DNA from: Dendrobates tinctorius
Taxonomy: Eukaryota
NCBI RefSeq assembly: GCF_039654945.1
Contig: NW_027361780.1
Span: forward strand, 682,001 to 746,000
Reading direction: 5' to 3'
DNA: 64,000 bases
How positions within the stretch are numbered: the stretch's first letter is position 1; the number at the start of each line of letters is the position of its first letter. Below are positions 1-13,555 of the stretch, piece by piece. Made by a program: the position numbers and the translations under genes. Below the pieces are notes generated by a model that had not been told where the DNA came from, did no database searches, and saw only the letters and a list, made by a program, of their open reading frames with translations.

Positions 1-238
1 ATTCATGGTCACCATTTACACATGTGGCAAAATCATGTTTTTTCTTTACAGAACACTTCAAGAGCAGGAGCAGCAGACTGAGGCCCAAGTTCAGGTGGCA
101 AGATGGCGTGTAAATATTCTTGACTGTTTTTGGTTAATCTTGACTATTTTTTTCTTGACTGTTTTTGTTTTTTGTTGAATGATTTTGGTTTTAAAGTGTT
201 TTATCTTTCTAACATTAATGTCTTTCTTTCATTTCTAG

Positions 239-2044
239 GTTTCACAACGGGAGGAGGAAGAAGTTAATAATGACCTCCTCATCACCTAAGTGCAGGAGCG
301 AGTTCCATTGTGGGACACCTGGGAGCAGCAGCACTCGGACAGCGTGGTGATTCGGCGGCTGTGGAATGAGGTGGCCCAATCGCTGATGGATAAGTAGGAC
401 AACGCCATGCCACAAGTCCGAAAGGAATTTCGTAAGTATTGCAATGTGGTCTGATGCGGCAGTGAACCTGTAAGGCCAGGATCACACAACCGTGTGTGAT
501 GTGATAAACTCCTGCGAGTTTCTCGCATCACACATGGTTATGTGATCCCGGCCTAGAGTGCATTGTTTAAAAATTTCTTTTTTTTCGCCCTTCACAGTGA
601 ACAAAGTCAGAACCCATTGGTGTTTGATGAAGGATCGCTTCAACAAGGACCTAAGACAGGAGAACCAAGTTCGCAGTGGTGCTGCAACAAGGATAAGGAA
701 ATACAAATATCACAGGATGCTGGCTTTCCTGAGGCCTGTCCTTTCTCAGCGAACGTAAGTATTTTTGTGTTGTATTCCATTGTGTTGTATTCCCTAATCT
801 GAAATTTTCTATTCCACAGGAGTTGGCGCTTTTACAATTGTTACTTTTGTGTAGAAATGTTTTTCTTTTCTTTTCCACACAGAACCTGGAGCAGTACCCT
901 TGAACCTGGTTCATCCTCTGGAGCAGCCCCTCATCGAACAGATACGGAACCGTTCCAGTCATCCACCAGCGATGCAGCTAGTGGGCAGGCTTCACAGGCT
1001 GGAGAACAGACAGCTGGCACATCAGGTGTTCCCCTGTCCCAGTCCTCTGCCACTGGTTTTCATGGGTCTTCCCGCCAGCGGCAGTAGGCCTTGGACAGGC
1101 CACTCATGCCCAAGTTTGTTCACTTGAGCTCGGTCTCACAGAATGTCCTGAAGTCGCTTGGTGACAGACTGGAAAGTGGGTTTGCCCACATAAACACACT
1201 TTTCCAGGATGGCAACCGACGCCTTGACCATCTGGAAGCAGACCTCCAGAGACTGGCACAACATTTTTTTAATGTGATAGAGCGGGGCATGTCGGAACAC
1301 CTTATGCCTGAACTCCAGCTTAATGTGATGCAGGCCTGCAATGCTGCTTACATTCAGGCTATGCAGCAGACTCGGTACTTCCAGTAGCCACACGTGACAT
1401 TTACGCCTGTGCCACCACTAAGCCGTTTCAGTTGCTTACCGAGTTCTGCTGCATACCACTGTACCGCCACCACCATGCCCAGTCCTGCTGCACACCACTA
1501 TACCATCACCACCATGCCGGGTGCTGCTGGACGCCACTCCACCACCATGCCGAGTCCTGCTCCTGCGCAGCCATCCACCGCCACCACCATGCCTGATGAA
1601 GATCCTGCACGGCTGTCCACCACCACCAACATGCCTGGTCAAGATCATGCATGGCTGTCCACCGCCACTACAATGCTGGGTCCAGATCCAGCACTCCCTT
1701 CTATATCCAGTAATGAACCCACAGCTCCAACCCTCCCAAGGAGACACAGACATAAAAGAAGCCAGCAGCCAAAAAGCAAAAAGAAGACATGAACTGTCCA
1801 ACTACCTCCACCTTCACCTCTCAATGCGTCTGTGTTGTCCAGTTTGTCTCTTCCTTCCAGTGTGTCTCTCCCGTCCCATGCTTCCACTCATAATGTGTCT
1901 ACTTTCATCCTTGACCTCCCAGACCCCACAGATTTAGTAGACCCTTCCTCTGGAACCCCTTCATCGTCCACACCTAGCCAATCCTCCCAACTCCACACCC
2001 CCAAGGTCCATAACATTTCCCCCTCATTATTTCATAAAAAGTAA
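239..2044 (+). pseudogene. Harbinger MADF/Myb-SANT DNA-binding gene, spliced and pseudogenised
   Basis: GT-AG exons about 239-431, 598-754 and 883-2044 give VQERVPLWDTW..RRLWNEVA..VRTHWCLMKDRFNK..KYKYHRMLAFLRPV. In-frame stops at about 287, 395, 1085 and 1385. Pro/Ser/Thr-rich repetitive tail. Confidence 0.8.
474..553. mobile_element. 80-bp palindromic Harbinger-type mini-MITE in the MADF intron
   Basis: GGCCAGGATCACAC...ATGTGATCCCGGCC fold-back, flanked by TAA/TAG. Confidence 0.65.
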
Positions 2045-2200
2045 AAAAAAAAATTTGTGTTGTAAATAAATTTGTGTTGTTTTTCCCATATCACTGCTTG
2101 CTCTTTGTCTCTTTTGGCGCTGTCTACACACACTGTGTTTTTGCCAACTCATAGCTCCATGACAGACACAATCTGCTACTCCTTTTCTTTCTTTGATTTA

Positions 2201-3421
2201 CACTCACTGGCCACTTTATTAGGTACACCATGCTAGTAAGGGGTTGGACCCCCTTTTGCCTTCAGAACTGCCTCAATTCTTCGTGGCAGAGATTCAACAA
2301 GGTGCTGGAAGCCTTCCTCAGAGATTTTGGACCATATTGACATGATGGCATCACACAGTTGGCGCAGATTTGTCGGCTGCACATCCCTGATGCGAATCTC
2401 CCGTTCCACCACATCCCAAAGATGCTCTATTGGATTGAGATCTGGTGACTGAGGAGGCCATTTGAGTACAGTAAACTCATTGTCATGTTCAAGAAACCAA
2501 TCTGAGATGATTCGAGCTTTATGACATGGCGCATTATCCTGCTGAAAGTAGCCATCAGATGTTGGGTACATTGTGGTCATAAAGGGATGGACATGGTCAG
2601 CAACAATACTCAGGTAGGCTGTGGCGTTGCAACGATGCTCAATTGGTACCAAGGGGCCCAAAGAGTGCCCAGAAAAAATTCCCCACACCATGACACCACC
2701 ACCACCAGCCTGAACCGTTGATACAAGGCAGGATGGATCCATGCTTTCATGTTGTTTACGCCAAATTCTGACTCTACCATCCGAATGTCGCAGCAGAAAT
2801 CGAGACTCATCAGACCAGGCAACGTTTTTCCAATCTTCTACTGTCCAATTTCGATGAGCTTGTGCAAATTGTAGCCTCAGTTTCCTGTTCTTAGCTGAGA
2901 GGAGTGGTACCCAGTGTGGTCTTCTGCTGCTGTAGCCCATCTGCCTCAAAGTTCGACGCACTGTGCGTTCAGAGATGCTCTTCTGCCTACCTTGGTTGTA
3001 ACGGGTGGCAATTTGAGTCACTGTTGCCTTTCTATCAGCTCGAACCAGTCTGCCCATTCTCCTCTGACCTCTGGCATCAACATGGCATTTCCGGCCACAG
3101 AACTGCCGCTCACTGGATTTTTTTTCTTTTTCGGACCATTCTCTGTAAACCCTAGAGATGGTTGTGCGTGAAAATCCCAGTAGATCAGCAGTTTCTGAAA
3201 TTCTCAGACCAGCCCTTCTGGCACCAACAATCATGCCACGTTCAAAGCCACTCAAATCACCTTTCTTCCCCATACTGATGCTCGGTTTGAACTGCAGGAG
3301 ATTGTCTTGACCATGTCTACATGCCTAAATGCACTGAGTTGCTGCCATGTGATTGGCTGATTAGAAATTAAGTCTTAACACACAGTTGGACAGGTGTACC
3401 TAATAAAGTGGCCAGTGAGTG
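2201..3421 (-). mobile_element. Intact Tc1/mariner transposon, DD36E (Incomer-type)
   Basis: Perfect 29-bp TIRs CACTCACTGGCCACTTTATTAGGTACACC (2201-2229, 3393-3421), TA on both sides, 1221 bp. Confidence 0.95.
2233..3273 (-). CDS. Tc1-family transposase, 346 aa, DD36E triad
   Basis: Uninterrupted ORF with N-terminal [19 protein letters not shown] and [15 protein letters not shown]. 36 residues lie between the second D and the E. Confidence 0.95.
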   Translation of the reverse strand: MGKKGDLSGFERGMIVGARRAGLRISETADLLGFSRTTISRVYREWSEKEKKSSERQFCGRKCHVDARGQRRMGRLVRADRKATVTQIATRYNQGRQKSISERTVRRTLRQMGYSSRRPHWVPLLSAKNRKLRLQFAQAHRNWTVEDWKNVAWSDESRFLLRHSDGRVRIWRKQHESMDPSCLVSTVQAGGGGVMVWGIFSGHSLGPLVPIEHRCNATAYLSIVADHVHPFMTTMYPTSDGYFQQDNAPCHKARIISDWFLEHDNEFTVLKWPPQSPDLNPIEHLWDVVEREIRIRDVQPTNLRQLCDAIMSIWSKISEEGFQHLVESLPRRIEAVLKAKGGPTPY

Positions 3422-3664
3422 TACACTGCAGCTTTGCTTCTTGTGTCTGTCATGGAGCTATGAGGTGGCAAAAACACAAAGAGGACTGAAAATGCACCAA
3501 AAAAACATAATTAATACAGCACAAAGGGTCAGGGTTCAGAAATGCTCACCTGCCCAGGTGTCAGCAATGCTCACCTGCCCAGGTGTCAGCACTAGTGCAC
3601 TCAGGATGCTGGGTTTTCTGCATCCTGAGTGCACTCGTTCTGATACACTGGCAGGTGAGCAAAG

Positions 3665-4494
3665 ATCCAATGTCCACGGCAAGAAATCTACAGTCAGCAG
3701 CTACAATCGCCATGAGCATTATAGGAAAGTATTTTTTAGAATTAAAGTACTTGGATCCAGTTCCAGCCAGTTTGGTAATTCGAATATGTTTTCCATCCAC
3801 TGCTCCCAAACTGTTGGGGAAATTACAAAGTCCAAAGAATTTTTTGGCATTTTCCTGCCAGATTTTTGTGGTGGGTAGGAGGATAAATTCCTCACGGAGA
3901 ACGTCCCACAAAGCCCGGCAGGTGTCTGCAACATTCCCAGAAAGTGTTGAAATTACAATCCGGAACTGGAAATGGAGCGATGATAGGCTCTCTCCAGTAG
4001 CCAGGAATCTGCTGAACAGAGAAAGAAAAAAACATTAAGGACAAGGACATGGCTTTTAGAAAAATATTACTTAGAACAAGGGTTTTGCAAAACAAAAAAA
4101 GGAAAAAAAAAAAAAGTACATTGCAGAACAATAATAATTATGACAGGTGTTTATTTATAAATATTATGTACCTTAGTGTTACCAGCAGACGTTCCACAGC
4201 AGGAATCGCTCTACGGAGCTGGGTGTCCTGCCTGCTGATGGCTCCTTGTATACAAAGAAGCAAATCCTTAAGCTTTCTTGACACATCTTTGTGTACTATC
4301 ACGGAGCTCACTGAATAAGGAGTTGTAGGCTCCATGGCTCTCCCGGTCTTCAACAATGGGGTGTTGCCAAAAGCGCTGACGCCGTCTTCTCCATCTTCTC
4401 CTTTCCGTTTTTGCTCACAAGCAAATGCAAAGGCAAGAAAGAAGTTGACATCCAAATCCAGATTCCAATAGAAACTCTCCAAGCAAAGATCCAT
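3665..4494 (-). pseudogene. Harbinger transposase #1 (DDE_Tnp_4), 3'-truncated
   Basis: ERLLVTLR|FLATGES across an intron at 4009-4171; NFPNSLGAVDGKHIRI; KKYFPIMLMAIVAADCRFLAVDIG, then breaks into a hairpin. Frameshift in exon 1. Confidence 0.85.
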
Positions 4495-5649
4495 CTTGAC
4501 ACTGGATACAGGAGCAAAATCTCAGGATCTGTACAAGGGTCTATAAACAGAAAGCCCATGAGGCACGCCCATTAGTGTCCCATTGCTGGTGTCTGTTGTC
4601 AAGGAATTTCTCTTGGAAAATCTTTTCTTATCGAATACATGCTCATAAAAACCACAAACGCATGCAAAAACGCATGCAAACGCAGCTGGTTTTTTTGCCG
4701 TTATGCGTAAGCTGATGCAGATAAAACACTCTGCGTTAGCATCCATTTGCATGCGTTTTTGCATGCGTTTGCGGTTGTGGACGATACGCTGCGGACTCAA
4801 ATGTGAAACTAGCCTTAGCTTTCTTTCTGTAATCCTTCAAGTTGTATTTAATACAATGGTTGTAGCACATTACAAGTAAAACTGTTCATCCTCTCACAAT
4901 GTCTGAATGTTAGAGTTAAGCGGATAAGTTTGTGGGCTCATGACATTAGGTGCAGATGCACAAGCTTCTCTATAATCTTGTGCAACTATCACATAGTCTT
5001 GTGCAAATTTAAGCATAGGAGGTTAGAGGGGGCAGTTCCTTAGATTGGGATGGAAGAAGGACTAAATCTGAGTGTGATGTACTACTGCAGTTCTGAATCA
5101 CATTGAAAATGGGAGTGGAGTTTCAGTCTATGAATAATAATCCAAATAGACAAGTGAATGGGAGGTGCTAGACCCGCATAGTCAGTGTGATTGTGAATTG
5201 ATTGATCTGTGCAGTAACAGCACCATAGTAACAACATTTCTTCACTTCACTCACTGCAAAGAAGGCTGGTTAATACCCCTCTATACTAATTTTGCTATTA
5301 ATGAAAAACCCTGAAACCAACAAGTCATATTTTTTAAGACAAAAAAAAGTTTCAGATTCAAGAAATTTAAACGTATATGTCTATCTCATATAGTGTGAGT
5401 GTTACAAAACACTTTCTTGTTGTAATACTAGACCCATACATGCCACCCTATTTCTGCTTTTGGTTACTTTCCATTTTCTTCTAGACATACAGTATATGTT
5501 GAGGTCACTTGGACGTTAATAAGATTGTGTTTGTGTTAAAGAGCTCAAAAGGGGGTCAATACAGTACCTCAATTTAGCAATTAGATACCTTGTTGTCTTG
5601 AAATTTACGGAAATTTTATTCACCATGAATTTAAGTTTTTGAGGAAATT

Positions 5650-6096
5650 TGTTATGGACTGACCTGGGTTGGAGTAGTGGTATTGCAACCACTAGGGGCA
5701 TCACTGACAAGTAGCCTAGTCAGGAATAGCCAGAGGTCGGTACACGGGAGCAGCAGTATAGTTGAAGGATCAGTAGGTTGCGTAGTAAGGAATAGCCAGA
5801 GGTCGGTACATGGTAGCAGTATAGTCGGATGAATCAGCAGGTGAAAGGAGAGCTTTACTAAAGGTTGGGAGCTTAATAATCTCACAAGGCAGGAAGTGCA
5901 ATGCCAGGTTTAAATACAGTGTTCAATCAAGAGATTTACAAGTTGGAGTCAATCAGGAACTTACAGGGTTGAGCCATTAGGGAATTACACAGGTACTAGG
6001 ATCTGGGATTGCAATTAACTGCCCAGTGAGTTGAAATAGATTAAAGGGAAGAGCTGCCAACTAATGTACTAGAGGTGCTGGGTTCGAGTCCTGACA
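5650..6096. mobile_element. Solo LTR
   Basis: TGTTA...TGACA termini, 5-bp TSD AAATT (5645-5649, 6097-6101), internal direct repeat AGGAATAGCCAGAGGTCGGTACA. Confidence 0.75.
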
Positions 6097-9000
6097 AAAT
6101 TTGCAAGTCTGGCGAAGTTGAATTTCCATCAATTCGCTCATCTCCAGTGCTGAATGCTTTTCCAGAGACCTGTAACAGATACTTCTACTGACTGACTTCA
6201 CAGTCCTGGTTCCCTGTGGGAAAGTCCACTTCTCCTTTTGGTAGCCTCGTTAAGCCCTCAAACAAATTACAAATATGTCAGTAATTCAGTGAATTCACAT
6301 CACCTGTTAGCCTTGTTACATACATCAATGAGCTCTAATAAGTTAGCTGAGCGTCAACAAATAAAAAATAGATTCTATTGGCAAGTTCCTCTAGAGTCAC
6401 CTTTAAACATGATGCAGAGATGACAGTCACAATCACACTATTGTGCCCTTCTACAACATATGTACAACAAAATTACAAATGGCATTTTGAAGATGTCTGA
6501 CATTGGGTTCTAAGAGCTTCATGTTCTGCCACTATCCAAGTGACGTTTCCAATTGGACCTTTGCAGCCCTTTATCAAGTCAAGGTCTTGGGTCACTGAAG
6601 ATTTCTCTGATTTTCTGATAGGCCAAAAAGTCCTTGGCCCTGATTTATCAAAGGGGAGTGCTGAGTTACATGCTCCTGATTCATTAAAAGACATAGGCCT
6701 CTTAATGAATCAGGAGTGTTGGACAGGAATTAGAGTAAGATTTGTGGTGTAAGGAACTCCACTTTTCAGCTTGAATTTGACGAGCAAGGTTGCCACACTC
6801 CTGTCTTGCTCCACTTTCCCTATTTTGTGGGAGCTGGGCGAAAATGGCACGAGAATGCCATAATTCGCAAAATTTCTGGTGTAAATTTGATTTATTTGAT
6901 GTATCGGGACCGTTATGTCTATGCAAATTTCTCGGCACACAATTTCTGTATATGGTTTTGTTTAATTTTATATTGAAATCACTATTTATGTACATCACTA
7001 GGGTATATAACTAGGATAAGTCATTTTAAAATCACTGCTTCAGAAATGTAATCAGCCTTTTTGAAAGGTCAAAGGCATCTTCAGCTTCTTGTATTTGTTA
7101 AAATGACTGCTCCCACGTAAATAACTACATATTGCTACTTTCACTGTGAAAACTGCTGCCTCTTAAAAGAAGTAAACTACTTCCATATTTTAATCTCACA
7201 TCCATCTGACTTTAGTGACAGGTTTATATTCACATGATAATCTCTGTATCATCACAGCTATCTATACAGGTACCTGTACAGGTTTTCTCCTTTTCTATGG
7301 ATTCTAATGGATAACTGATTATAGGCAGAAATCCACACCTTCTGCGGAGTGAGAATGCAAAACTGTTTTCTGGATAATCTTCATCTACACAGTCAGCACT
7401 CAGGTTTCCTTTTGTATCCAAAGCCACTGAGCAAGCAAATTTTTTTCCCACAAAATAAGGCGTAAAACTATCTGAAATACTAAACAGGATTTTTCCTCTC
7501 CCACTCAACTCACAGTAAATAAAGAAATCAATAGCTGTTCCACTATTCCATTTCTAGAAGCATTTTTTCCCCCTCCTTCGAGCTAAAAGCAGCATTTGGC
7601 AGTTTGGAAGAAAATCTGATTTGGCACCCCGGTTGCTGCAGAATATAGCGAGCTACATTTTGTCCTTTGTGCTGCGCTGTGATTGGCACACTGCTAAACA
7701 ACTGTTATTTTCCTTGCCTTGATATAAAGGAGGTTGCATGACCCTAGTCTCATGTAGAGGTCATCAGCACTTCTGTCTGTTGTAAGCTACTAAGGTCTCA
7801 GACGATGACTGAGAGTTACAGGCTTTTCCTAGATTGTACAATTTCTAGGGATTTTATTCCATCTGCTGTAAACTTGCATAAGTGCTCCATATTAAACCTT
7901 TATTATGAGAGCAACATCCTGCAAAGCGCAGGTGTAAATGAAATATTACCGAGGTATAGAACTGTCGTACATGGTGACATCTCATCAGCTTTCCCACTTT
8001 GAGAGAGTAAAATATTATGCATGATCTTCACCCATTAAAGCTCATTTACTGAACTGTCTAATAACCAAAAATCAATTTATCAAATATAACATGCTATTAG
8101 GTTCAGTTCATCAAAGCTCTAGAAAATCTTGCAGTGTTAGTGACTTTATGAAGTCATTTGAATGTTGGATATTTTACATTATCTGCCCATATAAATGATA
8201 TTTCTCAGGTGCTCCTATCATACTGCAGCAGAGACATTCACTTGTGCACGATGTGTTTCCTATACATTGCACAGACTGGGAGGAAGGCATAGCAATTTGT
8301 ACAAGCAGCGGCATTTAGATATTTCTTTCTTTTGTGTGAGTGGTAGCTGAATTTTCATCTAATGCCATGGTCACATTTGCGATAGAGCCTCAGATACAGC
8401 ATCATTTCCTCATCAGAATGACAGACACCTCATCTGTCCATACTAGGGTTATACAATGAACATGACAGCCATTGTGCCTTACCAGAGGCATAGCTAAGGG
8501 TTAAGCACGGGGGGAGGGGGGGTGTAACATCTGAGTGAGCCCCTAACCGGTTATCCTGATTACAACTATGTTGGGCATAGATGAACCTCAGCGGATGACC
8601 GCGCTGTTACTCGAAAAAAAGATCAAGATCTATATTGGTGATCATATAGTGGTAAATGCCAGTCCTGTAGAACATATTAGAGATCACAGTACAGTTACAG
8701 TGACTCAAAGCTGATGTTCTTTCTTATGAAGTCTTTCACTTTTCCTGTCTTTTCCATCTATCACAGACCAACATGACAACTTCTTCCAGTCACAACTCAT
8801 CTGCAGAGATTACAACAAAGACACATATGACTTCTCACATTTCCAGCACCATTTTCATTTATCTCAACCTGCACAACATGCTGCGATTTGCACTGTATCT
8901 CGGCCGAGACTCGCCAATGCAAGTCTATGGATGCGAGAAAAAAATGGATTACACAAGGACTATGCGTGTGACTTGTGAGAAATAAGCAAGACTTCTCCAG

Positions 9001-9105
9001 GTGACAGGAAATTGAATCATCCATTATCAGAAAGCTTTGGCATGCTAATTAGCTTGGGGAGCTCTAGAAAAATCCAGGAAGCACGCCTCCACGGAGTCCA
9101 CCATC

Positions 9106-10436
9106 ATGGCAACTTACATAAATGTTGAGATCCTCATAGTTCTGGTGCAAGAGAGGCAAGAAGAACTATGGGATAAAAAAGATGCACATTATGCGGACTG
9201 GGCACGGAAGGAGGCAGCATGGAAGAGGATATGCCTGCAGATGTTCCCCGACTATGAGGACAAACCTCATGAGGCCCAGCAGCAAATTAGTAAGTACAAT
9301 CCTTTAAAAATATACAGTAGTTGATCAACGTAACACGTGTTACCATCAGAAGACGTAATCCTAATATGTGATGTTTTTGTTAGAATATTTGGCGTATTTC
9401 ATAGTTTAATCTAGACAAGTATCAGGCCACATGACACTGTAAATTATATTTTGAACTATAAACACATTGTTTCAATGTATCATCTTTTTATTATGTTACG
9501 TTGCAGTGGCTGATGTCATGAGATGCTGGCGCAGCATCAGGGACCAGTAGCGGCGTAAATGACTGTTGTGGGTCAGGAGTGGAGATGCAGCACTGACAAA
9601 AAGGAAGTACATCTACTTTGATCGGCTTAGTTTTCTGGCTCCCGTTCTGGATCTGAGACCGTAAGTAAATTCATCACACCACATTTTACACATGCTGTTA
9701 GGGTCAAATCTAATTTTTTTTTTAAGAAAAAAACAGAACACAGTACAACCTAACAGAGAGGGAGACAGCATCAGACTCTGAGGCCTCAATAGATCCAATC
9801 AGGGAAGGTGAAGAGGTGGCTGGCCCATCTACTGCACCTTCCAGCTGCATCCACCCACCACCTCCACCAGCACCGGCATCAGCACCACAGGAGCAACATC
9901 CAGAGGAGGACCAGGGAAACAGCAGCAACCCTATCATGCCTCTGGAGATCTCACCCCAGGCTTCCGTCATCCCACGCCGTGGCCGACACAGTAGAGACAT
10001 AACAACCTCAAGCACCAGGAGGCACGTTGACAGTGGTTTTGTTGAACTATTTGAACTGGGCTGTCCACGATGATGGGAGGGGAGCATATGCCCGCAGCCT
10101 GGCACAGTACCTCCGTCCAATACCGGAGGCTACAATGCACCTGCCCAATATGGCCACTTGATCAGACCCACTGTTGGAGGCTGGTCCCAACATGGGTATG
10201 GTCGACATGGCCATATTGGGGGGTATGAACCACTTGGGTACCCAACTACACAGGAATATCCACTTCAGCATCCCTCATCCCATTTCTATCTGCCACCACA
10301 GGATCCTGGCCAGATCTTCCATCCCGGGTCAGCATATAGAAACCCACAAGGTGAACTACAAGTTGCGCCTCAAACACAACAAAGCTCACTAGCTGCCCTC
10401 CTGCCATCACCAACTCCAACCTACCAGAACTTGTAA
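9106..10436 (+). pseudogene. Harbinger MADF gene #2
   Basis: Exons 9106-9289, 9507-9660 and 9737-10436 give LIVLVQERQEELWDKK..KEAAWKRIC..WRSIRDQ..KYIYFDRLSFLAPV. Stops in exon 2. Intron positions match MADF #1. Confidence 0.8.
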
Positions 10437-10728
10437 TGTTCTATTTTTTTATTATTATTTTTTAGTACTTTTGGTTTTGGCCTTTTGCTAATTTTTTAAT
10501 TCTTTGTTGGCCAAGTTGGATTGGCATAAAAAGTCATATGATTACAATATGGTGTATTGTTTTCAAAAACAAGTTGTTTGGATTAAAAACAGTTCAAACT
10601 ATATGACTGATCTATGATGTTATGACAATATTGTTCATCTTCTGATTTACCCAGTTTACACATTATTAGGGAAACACAACACACACTTCAATCTAAATAT
10701 GACTTTAATTTCACCCCATAATTCAAAT

Positions 10729-13555
10729 TTACAACATAGAAACAGCATTGCTTTGCCATGGAGTAGATCCCTCTGGTGAAACAAAATAATTTGTAAACAC
10801 ATCCCACACTTTTAGTCCAGAGGGCTGATAACGAGGAGGTAGAACATGTGTAATAGGCCTCACAACATTTGCCGACACAGCTTCATCACCATCATATGAG
10901 GAGCAGTCATGTATTCTGGTGAAGGATCACACACACTTAATCACCTCATTCACACTTGATTCGCTAAGTTGAATGGCTCACTGCAGGACCCGCCATTTGG
11001 CACAAAGAATGCCAAAGGCACACTCCACCAGTCGTCGTGCACGGAATAGGCATAAGTTAAATATTCTGCTCCAGTGGTCCAGGGTTCTACGAGGATAGGG
11101 CCTCATGATGTGATGTGCTAATTGAAAGTTCTCATCTGAAACCATGACATAAGGCACCGCTTCCATAGTGGACCCTGGTAGGTGACGTGGGGGTGGCAGG
11201 TCCAACTCATTATTGCGCAGTCGCCGACCCATAATGGAAGAATTGAAGACTCTGGAGTCTCCAGTTCTTCCATAGGCCCCAATATCTACAATTATAAACC
11301 TGTAGGCACTGTCGACCAGGGCCAAGAGCACTACAGAAAAATACTGTTTATAATTATAATATTGGGACCCTGAGTTCGGCGGCTTACGCACACATATGTG
11401 TGTGGCGCCCCTGAGGGTTCAGTCGCCACAGAGGTACTGCACCTCCTCCTGAGGTGTGGTGCCCCACTATCCAGGTAAGGTGGAGACACCTTACCATGCT
11501 CCAACACCTGCATCCCACACAACCTTGTAGTGTAGCAAAGCACCCTTTGGTGGCTCCCTGCTTGGAACACGAAGCGTGCTGGGAGGCGGGTGGAGCTTAG
11601 TTTTGCACTAAAAGAGCAGGAAGAGGATAGGATTTAGTCAGTTAGTCACAGGAGACTGACGAGGTCAGTCTGTGAAAGGAGATCCCCTGAGTGGGATGGA
11701 TGAAGGAAGTGCTGCAGCCGACCTCAGTGATCTGAGTCTGCTGGCACAAGAAAGGAACATTGATAGAAAGCCTGACTCTCCATAAGAAGGGAAGAATTAG
11801 TACGGAACATGAGGAGAAGAAGAGAACCAAGGATCAGGGTTAGAGGAGAACCCTTCCCAAGTTCTAAGCGCAAGGCCGGGGTCCGGTCCCCGAGGTTGTA
11901 TGGATACAAATGGTCCTGCAGCAGACACCGGAGGAATAGAAGTAGTGACCACTTTATTCCCACACCAGAGTTGGGGGCACAACAGCAACGTGTGTGAGCC
12001 GGGACTAGGTAGAAGGAGTCCCCGAAGCAGGCTACAGCTGTCTGCCATACAAGTAGAATTCTTAGGAACATCTGACAGGAGGAACTCCAGTGTAACTCAG
12101 TACTGTGAGTACTTCACTAAAAGGCGCTAAGAGGGAGACGTTCAGAAAAGGCACATACTTTATGTTGGCGGAGTGTTGGAAAGGAGTACTTCATCTTGCC
12201 TGGAAGTTGGCTGAGCTCCTGACCTGGAGGACACGGCACGGATGCGGGCACCTGTACCACAAAAGACTGTGAGTAAAGGTTTGGAACTACATGCCGTGGT
12301 GTCCTCCACTTATTCCTGCGTCAACCTGCCCGGCACTGCTACATCCCTCCTGCGCCCGACACTACACCATCTAAGTGTCACTTCACCTACTCTGCCCTGG
12401 GACTACAGCCCTGCCTGTGGAGGGCTATAACATCATTTCTGCACCACACCATCTGTCCCAGAGGAGCTGTTTGCAGCGTCGGCTTAACATCTTCCTTGCC
12501 GAACACCACAGGTGGCATCACGAATCACTTATAAGCTTTCACCACCATAAGCACACTGAAACGACCCCTTTTGCAATGGAGCCCCAGGGCCACGGACCGG
12601 GTCACTGCTGCCGTGACAACTACCGTTGAGAAGATCAACCGGCCCGGTACCGAGTACCCCATAGCCCTGGCGTGTGAGGGCGCTCCAAGTGCTTTCCATC
12701 CAGGGCTCCAATACAGTTTAGAAACTGGCACGTTTCCTCAAAGCCATGGGCTGTCTGCAACCAGTCTTCCATTTTGGGCTCAGGCATGACCACTTGATGT
12801 AGTCGGGACCATATTTTAGAGCACGTAGACCGGACAATGCCTGAGATTGTGGATTTTCTGATTAAAAATTCTAGATGCAGCGCCGCATAGGAAAGCCCAG
12901 TGGAAAGGAAGCTAAAAGTAACCAGAAACAGAAAACAAATGAGAATCCATGCCACCAAAAACCAGTTTACTCATTCTTAAAAGTTATAGTCTATAATAGC
13001 TAATAAGCCGTGCCTTTACAACTTTAAACTACATGCAATGGCTATGCTCTTAATTATACCAGCATATATTGTGAATGTACAAATGTTGTATTTTCAAAAT
13101 ACTAAACAAGGACCACAAAAAGTAAGGGATGAGGGCATTAACTAAGCAAGGCTGTTTTAAACTGTCAACATCAACAACATAGAGGATGAATACATACCGT
13201 AACATAAGTATAAAGCGCTCCTCTGCAGAAATACACTTGTGCATCCTGGTGTCCTTAAAGGTGATCCCAGGGCGCACTACCTCCATCAGAATGTCAAAGG
13301 TGGCAAGGCTCATCCGACAATACTTGAAGAACTTGTCCGGATGGCTATGCAGAGATGTATATAGACAGTGGAAATGGCCTTTAGTGAGACGCCGCCTCAA
13401 AAGCGGATGGACCCACATTCGTCTCCGCGGATCCACAATCAGTGGGTATGGCTCCCCAAAACGTTGGGACAAAACCCAAGCACCGGCTCAGTAGTATTGA
13501 AAGTAAACCTGTCTGATGTGTTTGGCACAAAGCAGAAATACCACAACACAAGCAT
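10729..13555 (-). pseudogene. Harbinger transposase #2, interrupted by a solo LTR
   Basis: RRRMWVHP..SAEERFILMLR|FLSTG (intron 12912-13197), CIGALDGKH [LTR] ICVRKPPNSGSQYYNYKQYFSVVLLALVD..DIGAYGRTGDSRVF..RARRLVECAFGIL. Premature stops. Confidence 0.88.
11401..12687. mobile_element. Solo LTR (family A) inserted next to the DGKH motif of the transposase
   Basis: TGTGGCGCCC...GGGCGCTCCA termini, 4-bp TSD TGTG/AGTG with one mismatch. Removing it restores DGKHICVRK. Confidence 0.8.

Larger units (their letters stand above)
1..4814. mobile_element. PIF/Harbinger DNA transposon #1, decayed, left end outside window
   Basis: Convergent MADF gene (+) and DDE_Tnp_4-type transposase (-). Right terminus ...ATGTGAAACTAGCC at 4814, followed by TTA (TWA-type TSD). 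Confidence 0.85.

Noticed and set aside
7230-7730. 92-aa ORF and nearby ATTGG/TATAAA promoter-like motifs
   Set aside because: No recognisable domain, and such short motifs are expected by chance in AT-rich DNA.
3665-13555. Domesticated HARBI1/NAIF1-like host genes
   Set aside because: They have TIRs, stops, frameshifts and insertions, so they are decayed transposons.
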